DNA of 64,000 nucleotides from Macrostomum lignano (Eukaryota), in contig NIVC01001409.1 of NCBI GenBank assembly GCA_002269645.1, positions 186,001 to 250,000 on the forward strand, given 5' to 3'. Every line of letters starts with the position of its first letter. Positions within the stretch are counted from its first letter, which is position 1. The translations under genes were made by a program, and so were the position numbers. Below, piece by piece: positions 35,001 through 46,800 of this stretch. Below the pieces are notes generated by a model. It saw only the letters and a list, made by a program, of their open reading frames with translations, was not told the DNA's origin and searched no databases.

Positions 35001-38000
35001 TAGATTAGCAATCCATTCTATTCCTGCACCCATGATAGGCTAGATTAGCAATCCATTCTATTCCTGCACCCGTGATAGGCTAGATTAGCAATCCATTCTA
35101 TTCCTGCATCCGTGATAGGCTAGATTAGCAATCAATTCTATTCCTGCATCAATGATAGGCTAGATTAGCAATCCATTCTATTCCTGCACCCATGATAGGC
35201 TAGATTAGCAATCCATTCTATTCCTGCATCAATGATAGGCTAGATTAGCAATCCATTCTATTCCTGCACCCATGATAGGCTAGATTAGCAATCCATTCTA
35301 TTCCTGCACCCATGATAGGCTAGATTAGCAATCCATTCTATTCCTGCATCAATGATAGGCTAGATTAGCAATCCATTCTATTCCTGCATCAATGATAGGC
35401 TAGATTAGCAATCCATTCTATTCCTGCATCCATGATAGGCTAGATTAGCAATCCATTCTATTCCTGCATCCATGATAGGCTAGATTAGCAATCCATTCTA
35501 TTCCTGCACCCATGATAGGCTAGATTAGCAATCCATTCTATTCCTGCACCCATGATAGGCTAGATTAGCAATCCATTCTATTCCTGCACCCATGATAGGC
35601 TAGATTAGCAATCCATTCTATTCCTGCACCCGTGATAGGCTAGATTAGCAATCCATTCTATTCCTGCATCCGTGATAGGCTAGATTAGCAATCCGTTCTA
35701 TTCCTGCACCCATGATAGGCTAGATTAGCAATCCATTCTATTCCTGCACCCATGATAGGCTAGATTAGCAATCCATTCTAGTCCTGCACCCATGATAGGC
35801 TAGATTAGCAATCCATTCTATTCCTGCATCCATGATAGGCTAGATTAACAATCCATTCTATTCCTGCACCCGTGATAGGCTAGATTAGCAATCCATTCTA
35901 TTCCTTTGAGTGGAGATTAGCAGTCCCTGGCCCCCCCCCCACAGCGCAGTGATGAAGACAGCTGCTGTGCCCGGAGTTCAATCAGCCCACAGCAAACAGC
36001 CCCCGCCCCCCGTGTCGGCAGCGGCACCAGCAAAGTATCGCGTGTTGTGCCGTGTCGTCAGTTCCACTCCGAGAAGGCTGAGTTGTGGCTGAGCTGGGCG
36101 GGAAGACAGCAAAGCCAACACGGGGCAGGTGACGGGAACAGGGGGGGGGCGAGCGAGAGAACTCACGCCAAGGCGAGACGATCTCAACTCCTGCTCACTT
36201 CTGCAGTCTCTCCTCCACTTCTAGGCGTCGTTACGATGTGTTTGCACGGGACGGCGGCTCAGGGGGCTCGGGGGGGGGGCATTGTCCCACTCCTCGTGTA
36301 GGTCAGGGCACTCGCATGTTATACAGAGCCGCACAAAACACGCCTTAAGCAAGACTGCCTGAGCACGGGAGTTGCTCAGACATGAGGAGAGACAGAGAAA
36401 GTGAAGGGGAGGGCGGCTAGCGAGGCTGGGGATGCGGCGGGGAGGCCAGGGGGACAATGCAGCATTCCGATGGGCAGTGAGAACTTATGGCAGACAAGGG
36501 CTGAGGATGGAATGGAGGGGAGAACGGGAGAGAAGGAGGGGGGGCAGAGCAAACGAGATTTCCTCGCAGCAGACGCGACCTGCATGGCAAGGAAGGCGGC
36601 TGGCCGAAGGCGGCGGGGCAAGTGAAAGTCCTCTAGCAGCAGCTCTTCAAGACGGCAATTTGGCTTTTCTGTCTTATTAAACGGCCTGCAGAGGGGGGCT
36701 GCTAAGCAGTGCTTGTACCGAGACACAGCAACAGCAGCCCACCTGGGGAGCCGCCCAGCCGCCCGTTCGCATTCCAAGCTGACTGGCGCTGTGCAACCGT
36801 TAGCTGTGTTTAAACAGTTCCTGACCGACTTCAGGCCATCCTTGATTTATCCGGGGGCAAAGTTTGCACTTTTACCGGTCTCGGCCCGGCGGAAACCGAA
36901 CCTCGGCGAGCAAGGATAATTCGCGCATAGAAGCTCTGGCCCGGTGGGCTCGGCCTGCACTTTTGTGCCTCTCTGAGGGCCGGCGCGCCCGGAGTCCCAG
37001 TGAAAGAGCGGCTTCAAGTTCCCCAGGAATTTCTTCGCCAAACAACTGCCCGGCGACCAGAAATGGCCGCTGGAAGTCTTGGCCGAGACTCCGAGCGGGG
37101 ATGTGAAGAGGGAGCGGAGAACTCAGCTCCGCCAATTTCCTTCCCATATACTCCCGTCTCCCCCCCCCCCCTCGGACCGTTTCACCTCCTTGGCAATCGC
37201 GAAAAATGGGATATCGACCTCCCGCGGGTCCGGCACGAAGTTTCCCATATGGCATTGCTTTTTCCTCTATTTTTTTTAATAACCAGCAGCTCCAATCAAT
37301 GCCGCCTAGCCGAGATTTTGTCCTCGAACCGTTTTGAATTTCACTCTCTGTCGGCGGGATCGGCGCTCTGAAGGCTCAGAGCCACCAACCCCACAGCCAC
37401 TCCACACTGAGGACTGGGAGCTGGTAGCACTCTTAGTCAATAAAACAGCGGCCTGCTCGGAGACACCGGCCTCCGCCCACTGGGCGCTGGACCGCACTGG
37501 GAGAGAGTGAGGGAGGCAAACGGACAGAAGCCGCCTGAAAGTGCGCCCCTGCCCCTCCCGTGTAAGCCGAAAAGAACCTCAAATAAATCTTTTTTCAACT
37601 TGGCCATCCCCGCACGGTAGGGGAAGGCAAACTGGCAGCGGGGATCGAGAGTCTCACCTGAGGTCCGCTCCACCTTGATCTCCGCCTCGCCCACCGACTC
37701 TCCGACGGTCTTCTCCGCCTCCTCGAAGTGGAACACCCCGAGTGATCGTCGTCCAGCACCATGACGGTGGCGCGGCACGGGTCCGCCAGCTGCACGCGGG
37801 CGTCGGGCCGGCCGCCCTCCACGCGGATGTTGGACAGCTCCACGTAGAAGTGCTCGTCCTCCTCGAACACGTCATCGTCGATGATATTGAGGCTGAAGCG
37901 GCAGTGCCGCTCCCCGGAGTGGAAGGTCAGGGTGCCCTTGGCGTAGTCGAAGTCCTCGCCGGCCTCAGCCGTGCCGTTCACGGTCTCGTAGTCGACCTTG

Positions 38001-39265
38001 ACGCGGCTGTTGAGGTCGCCGCCCTCCCGGCTGACGGTGAGCTCGAAGCTGCCGATGTTCTCCATGACCGTGTAGTGGCCGGGGTCGAAGAAGATGCGCT
38101 GCAGCGCGGGGTCGACCGGCTCGCAGCTGGCCGCGTGGCCCGTCTCCGAGGCCGCGGACATTCGCCGCTCCACCTTGGACTTCTTGATGACGTTGCCGGA
38201 GCCGGTGAGCTGCCGGGTGGCCTGCATGCGGTAAAAGGCGCGCGACTTCGGGCCCCGGTTGAGCACCTCGATCTGCGCCATCTCTTCCAGCGCCTTCGGC
38301 TCCACGTTCGGGTGCTTCTTGCGGATCTCGCGGAGCAGCTCGATGTACTCGTGCCGGTGCCGCTCGAACTCGCCCTCGCCGTCGTCTGCGAGGGCGTCGG
38401 CGCCCTCGCCGCCATCGGCAGTTTGGGCGCCTCCAGCGGCGCCGCCTCCCGCAGCGCCGAGGCTGTTCTGCAGCTCCGCGTCGCCTCCGTCGCGCTGGTA
38501 CTTGCGGGCAAAGTAGCGCTTGTTGAGGAAGTGCTTGAAGAAGATCTTCGTGTCGGCGATGTAGGCCAGCAGCACCGTGATGGGGAAGTAGGCGAAGGTG
38601 AGCAGGCCCTCCCAGACGGTGACGCGGCCCGGTGAGGACACCGCGATGATGATGTACAGCCACATGTAGGCGAAGATGGAGAAGGTGGCGGTGATGAAGA
38701 ACACGGTGAGGTGCTTGATGCGCCGGATTTCGCCGTCGGGCACAACGTAGACGCAGAAGCCGATGATGATGAACAGGTTGAAGGCGGCGCTGCCCACGAT
38801 GGTGCCGGGCCCGAGGTCGCCGGCCACGAAGCCCTTGCCGCAGATCTCGATGATGGACAACAGGATCTCCGGAGCCGAGGACCCCAGCGCCATCAGCGTC
38901 AGGTTGCTGACCGTCTCGTTCCAGATGCGCACGCTGACGACCTGCTTGCTGCCGTCCTTCAGCTTCACGACGACGTCCTTCTCCTTGGAGGTGATCACCT
39001 CGATGGCGGCCATGAAGCGGTCGGCTATGATGGACACGCCCAGGAAGCAGTAGACCAGTATGGCCAGGTACACCGTGGCCCGCGCCACGCGGTCGCCCAG
39101 GCTGAGGTTGTCGGCCGGCAGCCACATCGGCAGCACCACGCCGGGCTTGCAGGAGACGTTCGCCTGCGACGGGCAGGTGCCGTTTGCGTCCAGCGCCACC
39201 GCCTCGGCTGTCGGCGCAAGGAGCGCCAGGGAGAGCAGCGGCGTCAGCGCGGAGATCAGAGACAT
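20068..39265 (-). CDS. NCX: Na+/Ca2+ exchanger (NCX/SLC8/Calx), ~899 aa if the 1-nt frameshift is corrected; exons 39265-37658, 32926-32812, 29289-29192, 27356-27244, 26981-26882, 26795-26667, 20977-20819, 20444-20068
   Basis: Signal peptide; alpha-1 repeat ([17 protein letters not shown]); XIP-like basic segment; CBD1 (DDDVFEEDE); CBD2 (EEYQKN...GRPRLGE); alpha-2 repeat ([26 protein letters not shown]). All 7 introns are GT-AG and phases agree after adding one base at 37736-37739. The ATG is at 39265; the ORF track starts at an upstream TTG. Confidence 0.93.
20470..20772. repeat. 12-bp array (GAGCACTGCTTT)n in NCX intron 7
   Basis: Direct inspection. Confidence 0.94.
21690..21940. repeat. 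12-bp array (CCTCCTCATATC)n, left part, split by the LTR element
   Basis: Continues at 26501-26655. Confidence 0.9.
21941..22162 (+). repeat. 5' LTR
   Basis: TGTTGTA...ATAACA; direct repeat of 26279-26500; AATAAA at 22022-22027. Confidence 0.97.
22163..26233 (+). CDS. Gag-Pol polyprotein, 1356 aa, single ORF
   Basis: Two CCHC knuckles ([28 protein letters not shown]), aspartic protease (LDTGA), RT (YIDD), RNase H (LQTDAS...YSQLEKE...TDHKPL), integrase (H-H-C-C; LDYMGP...SDNG...E). Domain order PR-RT-RH-IN is that of Ty3/Gypsy. Confidence 0.97.
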   Translation: MATSTKIGEFDVAKPDKWEAYEERLEQFLVVNKVTEEAQKRASLITVIGNDCYQLLRNLLSPKKPKDVAYDEQVKTLREHFNPKPKIVVERYNFHSRVQHEGETVSDFVASLRRLAATCGFDKFLEEALRDRFVVGLRNRLIQQRLLQEETLTLSGALTLATAIEAAERGVVTITSATGVGHSVNFSKETNKQSTAAQHGKRSRAQDGCFCCNAKDHWARSCPYRNKTCSKCGRVGHLRDACRTKDKAKESGSGRSKRFNSSKRGKSDKVHYARNFDSESESEGSDCSGRDKHSEIRTVFATGMAGFSGSAPYMCELNINGHFVNFQLDTGADKTLINENTGKKIGLRWSKSNVRLSSYTDHLIPVLGEATVIVTNYQERQYQLTALVVKGDRVNLLGRDWLSSLKIDWSKFAHVKTTTLVPPIERLMKKYDQVFAESLGTIKGLKARILLKENFIPKFCKSRPVPFAIKSLIEEELANLQAQGIIKKVSASDFASPIVPVLKRDGKSVRICADFKRTVNPQLEVDKYPLPKPEEIFATLNGGRVFSKLDISQAFLQLELEDSCKKFATINTHLGLFQYERLTMGLASAPAQFQEAMEKILQGLEVVVYIDDILVSGSCLEDHDKRLEAVLERLLAHGVHLNRKKCEFRLNRIEFLGYVIDESGIHPSKEKVQAIHEAPTPTNVSEVRSLIGMISYYGKFIPNLSSILVPLNRLLHKDAEFHWSEACSAAFEKVKATLTSERVLAHFDPKKQLVLQTDASKYGIGCVISHLMPNGEERPVAFASRTLTKPEINYSQLEKEALAIVFGVKRFHQYLFGHHFILVTDHKPLLTIFGDKKDIPSIAASRLQRWAVLLSAHQYTIKFRRTEDHSNADALSRLPVPGNISKVDRVLEVRLEMLPVNAETIRTETQKDSQLQRVVRYCQNGWPDTCEQELEQYFRKRNEFCIEQGVLFWGVRVIIPRSLQQVVLELLHDGHPGIVAMKSIARLHVWFPGIDKAIEALVHSCEGCQLQRNLPAQAPVQPLVWPERPWTRIQLDYMGPFHGYYWLVIVDATSKWVEIFPMKHATTNRTIECLRETFARFGIPQQVLSDNGSQFCSAEFRTFLERNNIRQILTAVGHPRTNGLSERMVQTAKSAIKAGIKTHGDPILSMQNFLFRYRSTPHSTTGRTPAEMMLCYSRRTRLDFLKPDAYSRVLNKQTDVTERQIERGSTIREFQEGDSVLTLDFRRERENRWISAKVIARTGPLSYRLLVNGQVWKRHVDQIVSAELPGQNKPEAHHLPPILKDPRRVQSDKTTTEKERRESESTQPVQDVPSRGESQTADTDQDDADPGAEGVGTRILRDRSKLRKPDRLHYSE
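22164..22173 (+). other. Primer binding site, probably tRNA-Ser(GCU)
   Basis: TGGCGACGAG begins 1 nt after the 5' LTR and is complementary to the ...CUCGUCGCCA 3' end typical of metazoan tRNA-Ser(GCU) (recalled, not searched). Confidence 0.75.
26268..26278 (+). other. Polypurine tract
   Basis: AAAAGGGGGAA immediately before the 3' LTR. Confidence 0.85.
26279..26500 (+). repeat. 3' LTR
   Basis: Identical by eye to the 5' LTR and preceded by a polypurine tract. Confidence 0.97.
26501..26655. repeat. 12-bp array (CCTCCTCATATC)n, right part
   Basis: Same unit as 21690-21940; begins ~10 nt from the exon-6 donor. Confidence 0.9.
27045..27243. repeat. 13/21-bp array built on GTGGGTGA (minus strand) in NCX intron 4
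   Basis: The first unit is the exon-4 donor itself. Confidence 0.85.
28280..28470. repeat. 12-bp array (CTGTATTCCATA)n
   Basis: Direct inspection. Confidence 0.92.
28575..28980. repeat. 20-bp array (TCTGAGATTGTGTCTGTTTA)n
   Basis: Direct inspection. Confidence 0.92.
29765..30240. repeat. 12-bp array (GTCACTCCGGCT)n
   Basis: Direct inspection; shares GTCACTCCG with the 7493-8040 unit. Confidence 0.88.
30667..31670. repeat. 20/21-bp array (GAGAGTCAGATGCTCAGGAT[G])n
   Basis: Direct inspection. Confidence 0.94.
32335..32720. repeat. 19-bp array (CTCACCTGTCTCACCCTCT)n
   Basis: Direct inspection; ~20 copies. Confidence 0.93.
33200..35904. repeat. 40-bp minisatellite, ~67 copies, in NCX intron 1
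   Basis: Unit CTAGATTAGCAATCCATTCTATTCCTGCACCCATGATAGG. Confidence 0.97.
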
Positions 39266-40879
39266 TTTCGGAGTCGAAACCGGGGATTTCTGCCAAGTTT
39301 TCAAGCGCTATGAGCAGCCAGCCGGCGCGGCCATGTCCCTCAGTGCTCACTCAGTTCTCAGCCAAGAATTGGATTTTTACTTCGGGGCCACTTCCTGCCG
39401 CTTAGATTTCAATCTCGGGGACTGGCGGACGGAGAGACTGCGACGGCTGAGGCCCCGCGAGTGCAAGGAGCAGAGATGGGGAGCAAGTGGATGCTGGGAG
39501 AAAGGAGGATAAAAGCCTGGGGAGGCCGAGATTCACCTCAAACCCACCCACCTCCTCCCTTCACTCCAAGTTGCTGCTCAGCCAATGACGGGCCGGAGCT
39601 GCTGCTGCTGCTGCCTGGGGGAGATGGGAAAAATCCCTCCCTAATTTTTTGCAGTTGGACGGGAGGGCAGAGACGACAGCCAAGGCGGGCCTGAGGCGGG
39701 AGAACTGCGTGCTGCTAGCTGGAATCAGGCATTGATTGTTGGGCCGGGGCGAAGCGCCAAGACCCGGGCTGCCCAGAGTGCAGCAGCGGCAGCAGCGGTG
39801 CGGTGGGGGCCGGGGGGGGGGCTGAATGAATGACGAAACGCGAAAGACGGCGCGCGCCAACGCCTCCTTGCACTTAGCGGAAGGTGAATTGGGGGAGCGC
39901 GCGGGTCAGGGTGGGTTGGAGAGGCCTCCCCCCCGTCCAATTCTCTATTGCCTTCATTTTCTGCCCCAAATTCCAAAAAACCCCAGTTTGAATTCCAGCG
40001 GCTGCCCCAAGTCGCCTTGGCTGCCTCTTCTAGCGGACTGGAACGGGCGGGAGAAGAAGGCGCAGCTGCAGTTCCGCTTGCCGCACAGCCGTTCTGCATC
40101 TCCTGCCAGCAGTTCATAACTCGCCAGCCACTGCGAGGCCGGGGAGGCTGAGAGGCTTCAGATGACGCGGGGAGACAAGTTTTCGGCCGACTATTCGGGA
40201 CTGGGTGGCGGGGCAAGGCACAGTAGCGCTTCAACGATGCCGCCCCTAGCAACGAATCCCAGCTTGCTTACCGCGGACTTTAAAAACCCCAAGTAGACTT
40301 TGTAAAAGTGAATGGAGCTGAGAGAAACGAGAGATCGGGGAGAGCAGCCGGGGATTGCGTGAGCTGCAATTCTAGAAGGGGCAGCTTCGGTCTCTAATTG
40401 ACGCCAGGCTCCCCGGGACTGCGCGGTTCAGTCAGGTGCGGCCTAATCGGGAGAGTTCAAGTGGCTCTGTCTAGAAAGAAAGAGGAATTGTGAGAAAAGG
40501 AAGAAAGTAAAAAAAAATCCTCATTCAATTGGCCGCTGCGCAAATCCGAGGAGGGTTGAATTTAAAATCTCTCATTGCTTTTTCAAGCACCTGCAGAAGG
40601 GAAATGCCGAGCAAGGGACACTTTAGTCCAGCTGGAGCAGCTACATCAAGAATCTCAGAGCAGCTCACAATGAGGGCTCTGTAGGAGAATTCCGCTAGCA
40701 GCCCGGCTGCTCCGAATGACGCAGGCTCGCGGGAGGTGAGAAGCAGCACAAGTGCAATTAAAAAGCTTTGCGGCTGTCATGACAACAAGAGTATGCTCTG
40801 CTGGAGTAGTTGAGCAGGCGGGACAATGGGATTTGTAGCCACGCACAGGAAGTGAAATGACAGAATTGAATAGAAAGCA

Positions 40880-43800
40880 GGATTCCATTTCAGTGCCTTA
40901 ACTGACACAGCACCCTCAACTGGATTCCATTTCAGTGCCTTGGCTCAGTGACTGACACAGCACCCTCAACTGGATTCCATTTCAGTGCATTGGCTCATTG
41001 ACTGACACAGCACCCTCAACTTGATTCCATTTCAGTGCCTTGGCTCAGTGACTGACACAGCACCCTCAACTGGATTCCATTTCAGTGCCTTGGCTCAGTG
41101 ACTGACACAGCACCCTCAACTGGATTCCATTTCAGTGCCTTGGCTCAGTGACTGACACAGCACCCTCAACTGGATTCCATTTCAGTGCCTTGGCTCAGTG
41201 ACTGACACAGCACCCTCAACTGGGTTCCATTTCAGTGCCTTGGCTCAGTGACTGACACAGCACCCTCAACTGGATTCCATTTCAGTGCCTTGGCTCAGTG
41301 ACTGACACAGCACCCTCAACTGGGTTCCATTTCAGTGCCTTGGCTCAGTGACTGACACAGCACCCTCAACTGGATTCCATTTCAGTGCCTTGGCTCAGTG
41401 ACTGACACAGCACCCTCAACTGGGTTCCATTTCAGTGCCTTGGCTCAGTGACTGACACAGCACCCTCAACTGGGTTCCATTTCAGTGCCTTGGCTCATTG
41501 ACTGACACAGCACCCTCAACTGGATTCCATTTCAGTGCCTTGGCTCAGTGACTGACACAGCACCCTCAACTGGGTTCCATTTCAGTGCCTTGGCTCATTG
41601 ACTGACACAGCACCCTCAACTGGATTCCATTTCAGTGCCTTGGCTCAGTGACTGACACAGCACCCTCAACTGGGTTCCATTTCAGTGCCTTGGCTCAGTG
41701 ACTGACACAGCACCCTCAACTGGATTCCATTTCAGTGCCTTGGCTCAGTGACTGACACAGCACCCTCAACTGGGTTCCATTTCAGTGCCTTGGCTCATTG
41801 ACTGACACAGCACCCTCAACTGGATTCCATTTCAGTGCCTTGGCTCAGTGACTGACACAGCACCCTCAACTGGATTCCATTTCAGTGCCTTGGCTCAGTG
41901 ACTGACACAGCACCTTCAACTGGATTCCATTTCAGTGCCTTGGCTCAGTGACTGACACAGCACCCTCAACTGGGTTCCATTTCAGTGCCTTGGCTCATTG
42001 ACTGACACAGCACCCTCAACTGGGTTCCATTTCAGTGCCTTGGCTCATTGACTGACACAGCACCCTCAACTGGGTTCCATTTCAGTGCCTTGGCTCAGTG
42101 ACTGACACAGCACCCTCAACTAGGTTCCATTTCAGTGCCGTGACTGACACAGCACCCTCAACTGGGTTCCATTTCAGTGCCTTGGCTCAGTGACTGACAC
42201 AGCACCTTCAACTGGATTCCATTTCAGTGCCTTGGCTCAGTGACTGACACAGCACCCTCAACTGGGTTCCATTTCAGTGCCTTGGCTCAGTGACTGACAC
42301 AGCACCCTCAACTGGATTCCATTTCAGTGCCTTGGCTCAGTGACTGACACAGCACCCTCAACTGGATTCCATTTCAGTGCCTTGGCTCAGTGACTGACAC
42401 AGCACCCTCAACTGGGTTCCATTTCAGTGCCTTGGCTCAGTGACTGACACAGCACCCTCAACTGGGTTCCATTTCAGTGCCTTGGCTCAGTGACTGACAC
42501 AGCACCCTCAACTGGATTCCATTTCAGTGCCTTGGCTCAGTGACTGACACAGCACCCTCAACTGGATTCCATTTCAGTGCCTTGGCTCATTGACTGACAC
42601 AGCACCCTCAACTGGATTCCATTTCAGTGCCTTGGCTCATTGACTGACACAGCACCCTCAACTGGATTCCATTTCAGTGCCTTGGCTCATTGACTGACAC
42701 AGCACCCTCAACTGGGTTCCATTTCAGTGCCTTGGCTCAGTGACTGACACAGCACCCTCAACTGGGTTCCATTTCAGTGCCTTGGCTCAGTGACTGACAC
42801 AGCACCCTCAACTGGGTTCCATTTCAGTGCCTTGGCTCATTGACTGACACAGCACCCTCAACTGGATTCCATTTCAGTGCCTTGGCTCAGTGACTGACAC
42901 AGCACCCTCAACTGGGTTCCATTTCAGTGCCTTGGCTCATTGACTGACACAGCACCCTCAACTGGATTCCATTTCAGTGCCTTGGCTCAGTGACTGACAC
43001 AGCACCCTCAACTGGGTTCCATTTCAGTGCCTTGGCTCATTGACTGACACAGCACCCTCAACTGGATTCCATTTCAGTGCCTTGGCTCAGTGACTGACAC
43101 AGCACCCTCAACTGGGTTCCATTTCAGTGCCTTGGCTCATTGACTGACACAGCACCCTCAACTGGATTCCATTTCAGTGCCTTGGCTCAGTGACTGACAC
43201 AGCACCCTCAACTGGGTTCCATTTCAGTGCCTTGGCTCAGTGACTGACACAGCACCTTCAACTGGATTCCATTTCAGTGCCTTGGCTCAGTGACTGACAC
43301 AGCACCCTCAACTGGGTTCCATTTCAGTGCCTTGGCTCATTGACTGACACAGCACCCTCAACTGGGTTCCATTTCAGTGCCTTGGCTCAGTGACTGACAC
43401 AGCACCCTCAACTGGGTTCCATTTCAGTGCCTTGGCTCAGTGACTGACACAGCACCCTCAACTAGGTTCCATTTCAGTGCCGTGACTGACACAGCACCCT
43501 CAACTGGGTTCCATTTCAGTGCCTTGGCTCAGTGACTGACACAGCACCTCAACTGGATTCCATTTCAGTGCCTTGGCTCAGTGACTGACACAGCACCCTC
43601 AACTGGGTTCCATTTCAGTGCCTTGGCTCAGTGACTGACACAGCACCCTCAACTGGATTCCATTTCAGTGCCTTGGCTCAGTGACTGACACAGCACCCTC
43701 AACTGGGTTCCATTTCAGTGCCTTGGCTCAGTGACTGACACAGCACCCTCAACTGGATTCCATTTCAGTGCCTTGGCTCAGTGACTGACACAGCACCCTC

Positions 43801-46800
43801 AACTGGGTTCCATTTCAGTGCCTTGGCTCAGTGACTGACACAGCACCCTCAACTGGATTCCATTTCAGTGCCTTGGCTCAGTGACTGACACAGCACCCTC
43901 AACTGGGTTCCATTTCAGTGCCTTGGCTCAGTGACTGACACAGCACCCTCAACTGGATTCCATTTCAGTGCCTTGGCTCAGTGACTGACACAGCACCCTC
44001 AACTGGGTTCCATTTCAGTGCCTTGGCTCAGTGACTGACACAGCACCCTCAACTGGATTCCATTTCAGTGCCTTGGCTCAGTGACTGACACAGCACCCTC
44101 AACTGGGTTCCATTTCAGTGCCTTGGCTCAGTGACTGACACAGCACCCTCAACTGGATTCCATTTCAGTGCCTTGGCTCAGTGACTGACACAGCACCCTC
44201 AACTGGATTCCATTTCAGTGCCTTGGCTCAGTGACTGACACAGCACCCTCAACTGGGTTCCATTTCAGTGCCTTGGCTCAGTGACTGACACAGCACCCTC
44301 AACTGGATTCCATTTCAGTGCCTTGGCTCAGTGACTGACACAGCACCCTCAACTGGGTTCCATTTCAGTGCCTTGGCTCAGTGACTGACACAGCACCCTC
44401 AACTGGGTTCCATTTCAGTGCCTTGGCTCAGTGACTGACACAGCACCCTCAACTGGGTTCCATTTCAGTGCCTTGGCTCAGTGACTGACACAGCACCCTC
44501 AACTGGTTCCATTTCAGTGCCTTGGCTCAGTGACTGACACAGCACCCTCAACTGGATTCCATTTCAGTGCCTTGGCTCAGTGACTGACACAGCACCCTCA
44601 ACTGGATTCCATTTCAGTGCCTTGGCTCATGACTGACACAGCACCCTCAACTGGATTCCATTTCAGTGCCTTGGCTCATGACTGACACAGCACCCTCAAC
44701 TGGATTCCATTTCAGTGCCTTGGCTCAGTGACTGACACAGCACCCTCAACTGGGTTCCATTTCAGTGCCTTGGCTCAGTGACTGACACAGCACCCTCAAC
44801 TGGGTTCCATTTCAGTGCCTTGGCTCAGTGACTGACACAGCACCCTCAACTGGGTTCCATTTCAGTGCCTTGGCTCAGTGACTGACACAGCACCCTCAAC
44901 TGGATTCCATTTCAGTGCCTTGGCTCAGTGACTGACACAGCACCCTCAACTGGGTTCCATTTCAGTGCCTTGGCTCATTGACTGACACAGCACCCTCAAC
45001 TGGATTCCATTTCAGTGCCTTGGCTCAGTGACTGACACAGCACCCTCAACTGGGTTCCATTTCAGTGCCTTGGCTCAGTGACTGACACAGCACCCTCAAC
45101 TGGGTTCCATTTCAGTGCCTTGGCTCAGTGACTGACACAGCACCCTCAACTGGATTCCATTTCAGTGCCTTGGCTCAGTGACTGACACAGCACCCTCAAC
45201 TGGATTCCATTTCAGTGCCTTGGCTCAGTGACTGACACAGCACCCTCAACTGGGTTCCATTTCAGTGCCTTGGCTCAGTGACTGACACAGCACCCTCAAC
45301 TGGATTCCATTTCAGTGCCTTGGCTCAGTGACTGACACAGCACCCTCAACTGGGTTCCATTTCAGTGCCTTGGCTCAGTGACTGACACAGCACCCTCAAC
45401 TGGATTCCATTTCAGTGCCTTGGCTCAGTGACTGACACAGCACCCTCAACTGGATTCCATTTCAGTGCCTTGGCTCAGTGACTGACACAGCACCCTCAAC
45501 TGGATTCCATTTCAGTGCCTTGGCTCAGTGACTGACACAGCACCCTCAACTGGATTCCATTTCAGTGCCTTGGCTCAGTGACTGACACAGCACCCTCAAC
45601 TGGGTTCCATTTCAGTGCCTTGGCTCAGTGACTGACACAGCACCCTCAACTGGGTTCCATTTCAGTGCCTTGGCTCAGTGACTGACACAGCACCCTCAAC
45701 TGGGTTCCATTTCAGTGCCTTGGCTCAGTGACTGACACAGCACCCTCAACTGGTTCCATTTCAGTGCCTTGGCTCAGTGACTGACACAGCACCCTCAACT
45801 GGATTCCATTTCAGTGCCTTGGCTCAGTGACTGACACAGCACCCTCAACTGGATTCCATTTCAGTGCCTTGGCTCAGTGACTGACACAGCACCCTCAACT
45901 GGATTCCATTTCAGTGCCTTGGCTCAGTGACTGACACAGCACCCTCAACTGGATTCCATTTCAGTGCCTTGGCTCAGTGACTGACACAGCACCCTCAACT
46001 GGGTTCCATTTCAGTGCCTTGGCTCAGTGACTGACACAGCACCCTCAACTGGATTCCATTTCAGTGCCTTGGCTCAGTGACTGACACAGCACCCTCAACT
46101 GGGTTCCATTTCAGTGCCTTGGCTCATGACTGACACAGCACCCTCAACTGGATTCCATTTCAGTGCCTTGGCTCAGTGACTGACACAGCACCCTCAACTG
46201 GGTTCCATTTCAGTGCCTTGGCTCATTGACTGACACAGCACCCTCAACTGGATTCCATTTCAGTGCCTTGGCTCAGTGACTGACACAGCACCCTCAACTG
46301 GGTTCCATTTCAGTGCCTTGGCTCATTGACTGACACAGCACCCTCAACTGGATTCCATTTCAGTGCCTTGGCTCAGTGACTGACACAGCACCCTCAACTG
46401 GGTTCCATTTCAGTGCCTTGGCTCAGTGACTGACACAGCACCCTCAACTGGATTCCATTTCAGTGCCTTGGCTCAGTGACTGACACAGCACCCTCAACTG
46501 GGTTCCATTTCAGTGCCTTGGCTCATTGACTGACACAGCACCCTCAACTGGATTCCATTTCAGTGCCTTGGCTCAGTGACTGACACAGCACCCTCAACTG
46601 GGTTCCATTTCAGTGCCTTGGCTCATTGACTGACACAGCACCCTCAACTGGATTCCATTTCAGTGCCTTGGCTCAGTGACTGACACAGCACCCTCAACTG
46701 GGTTCCATTTCAGTGCCTTGGCTCATGACTGACACAGCACCCTCAACTGGATTCCATTTCAGTGCCTTGGCTCAGTGACTGACACAGCACCCTCAACTGG

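Noticed and set aside
37742-39350. Long overlapping ORFs in other frames and on the plus strand over NCX exon 1
   Set aside because: Shadow ORFs caused by very high GC3 codon usage.
40265-40275. Possible 5'-UTR exon donor of NCX (CGCG|GTAAGC on the minus strand)
   Set aside because: An isolated motif with no matching acceptor or transcript evidence.
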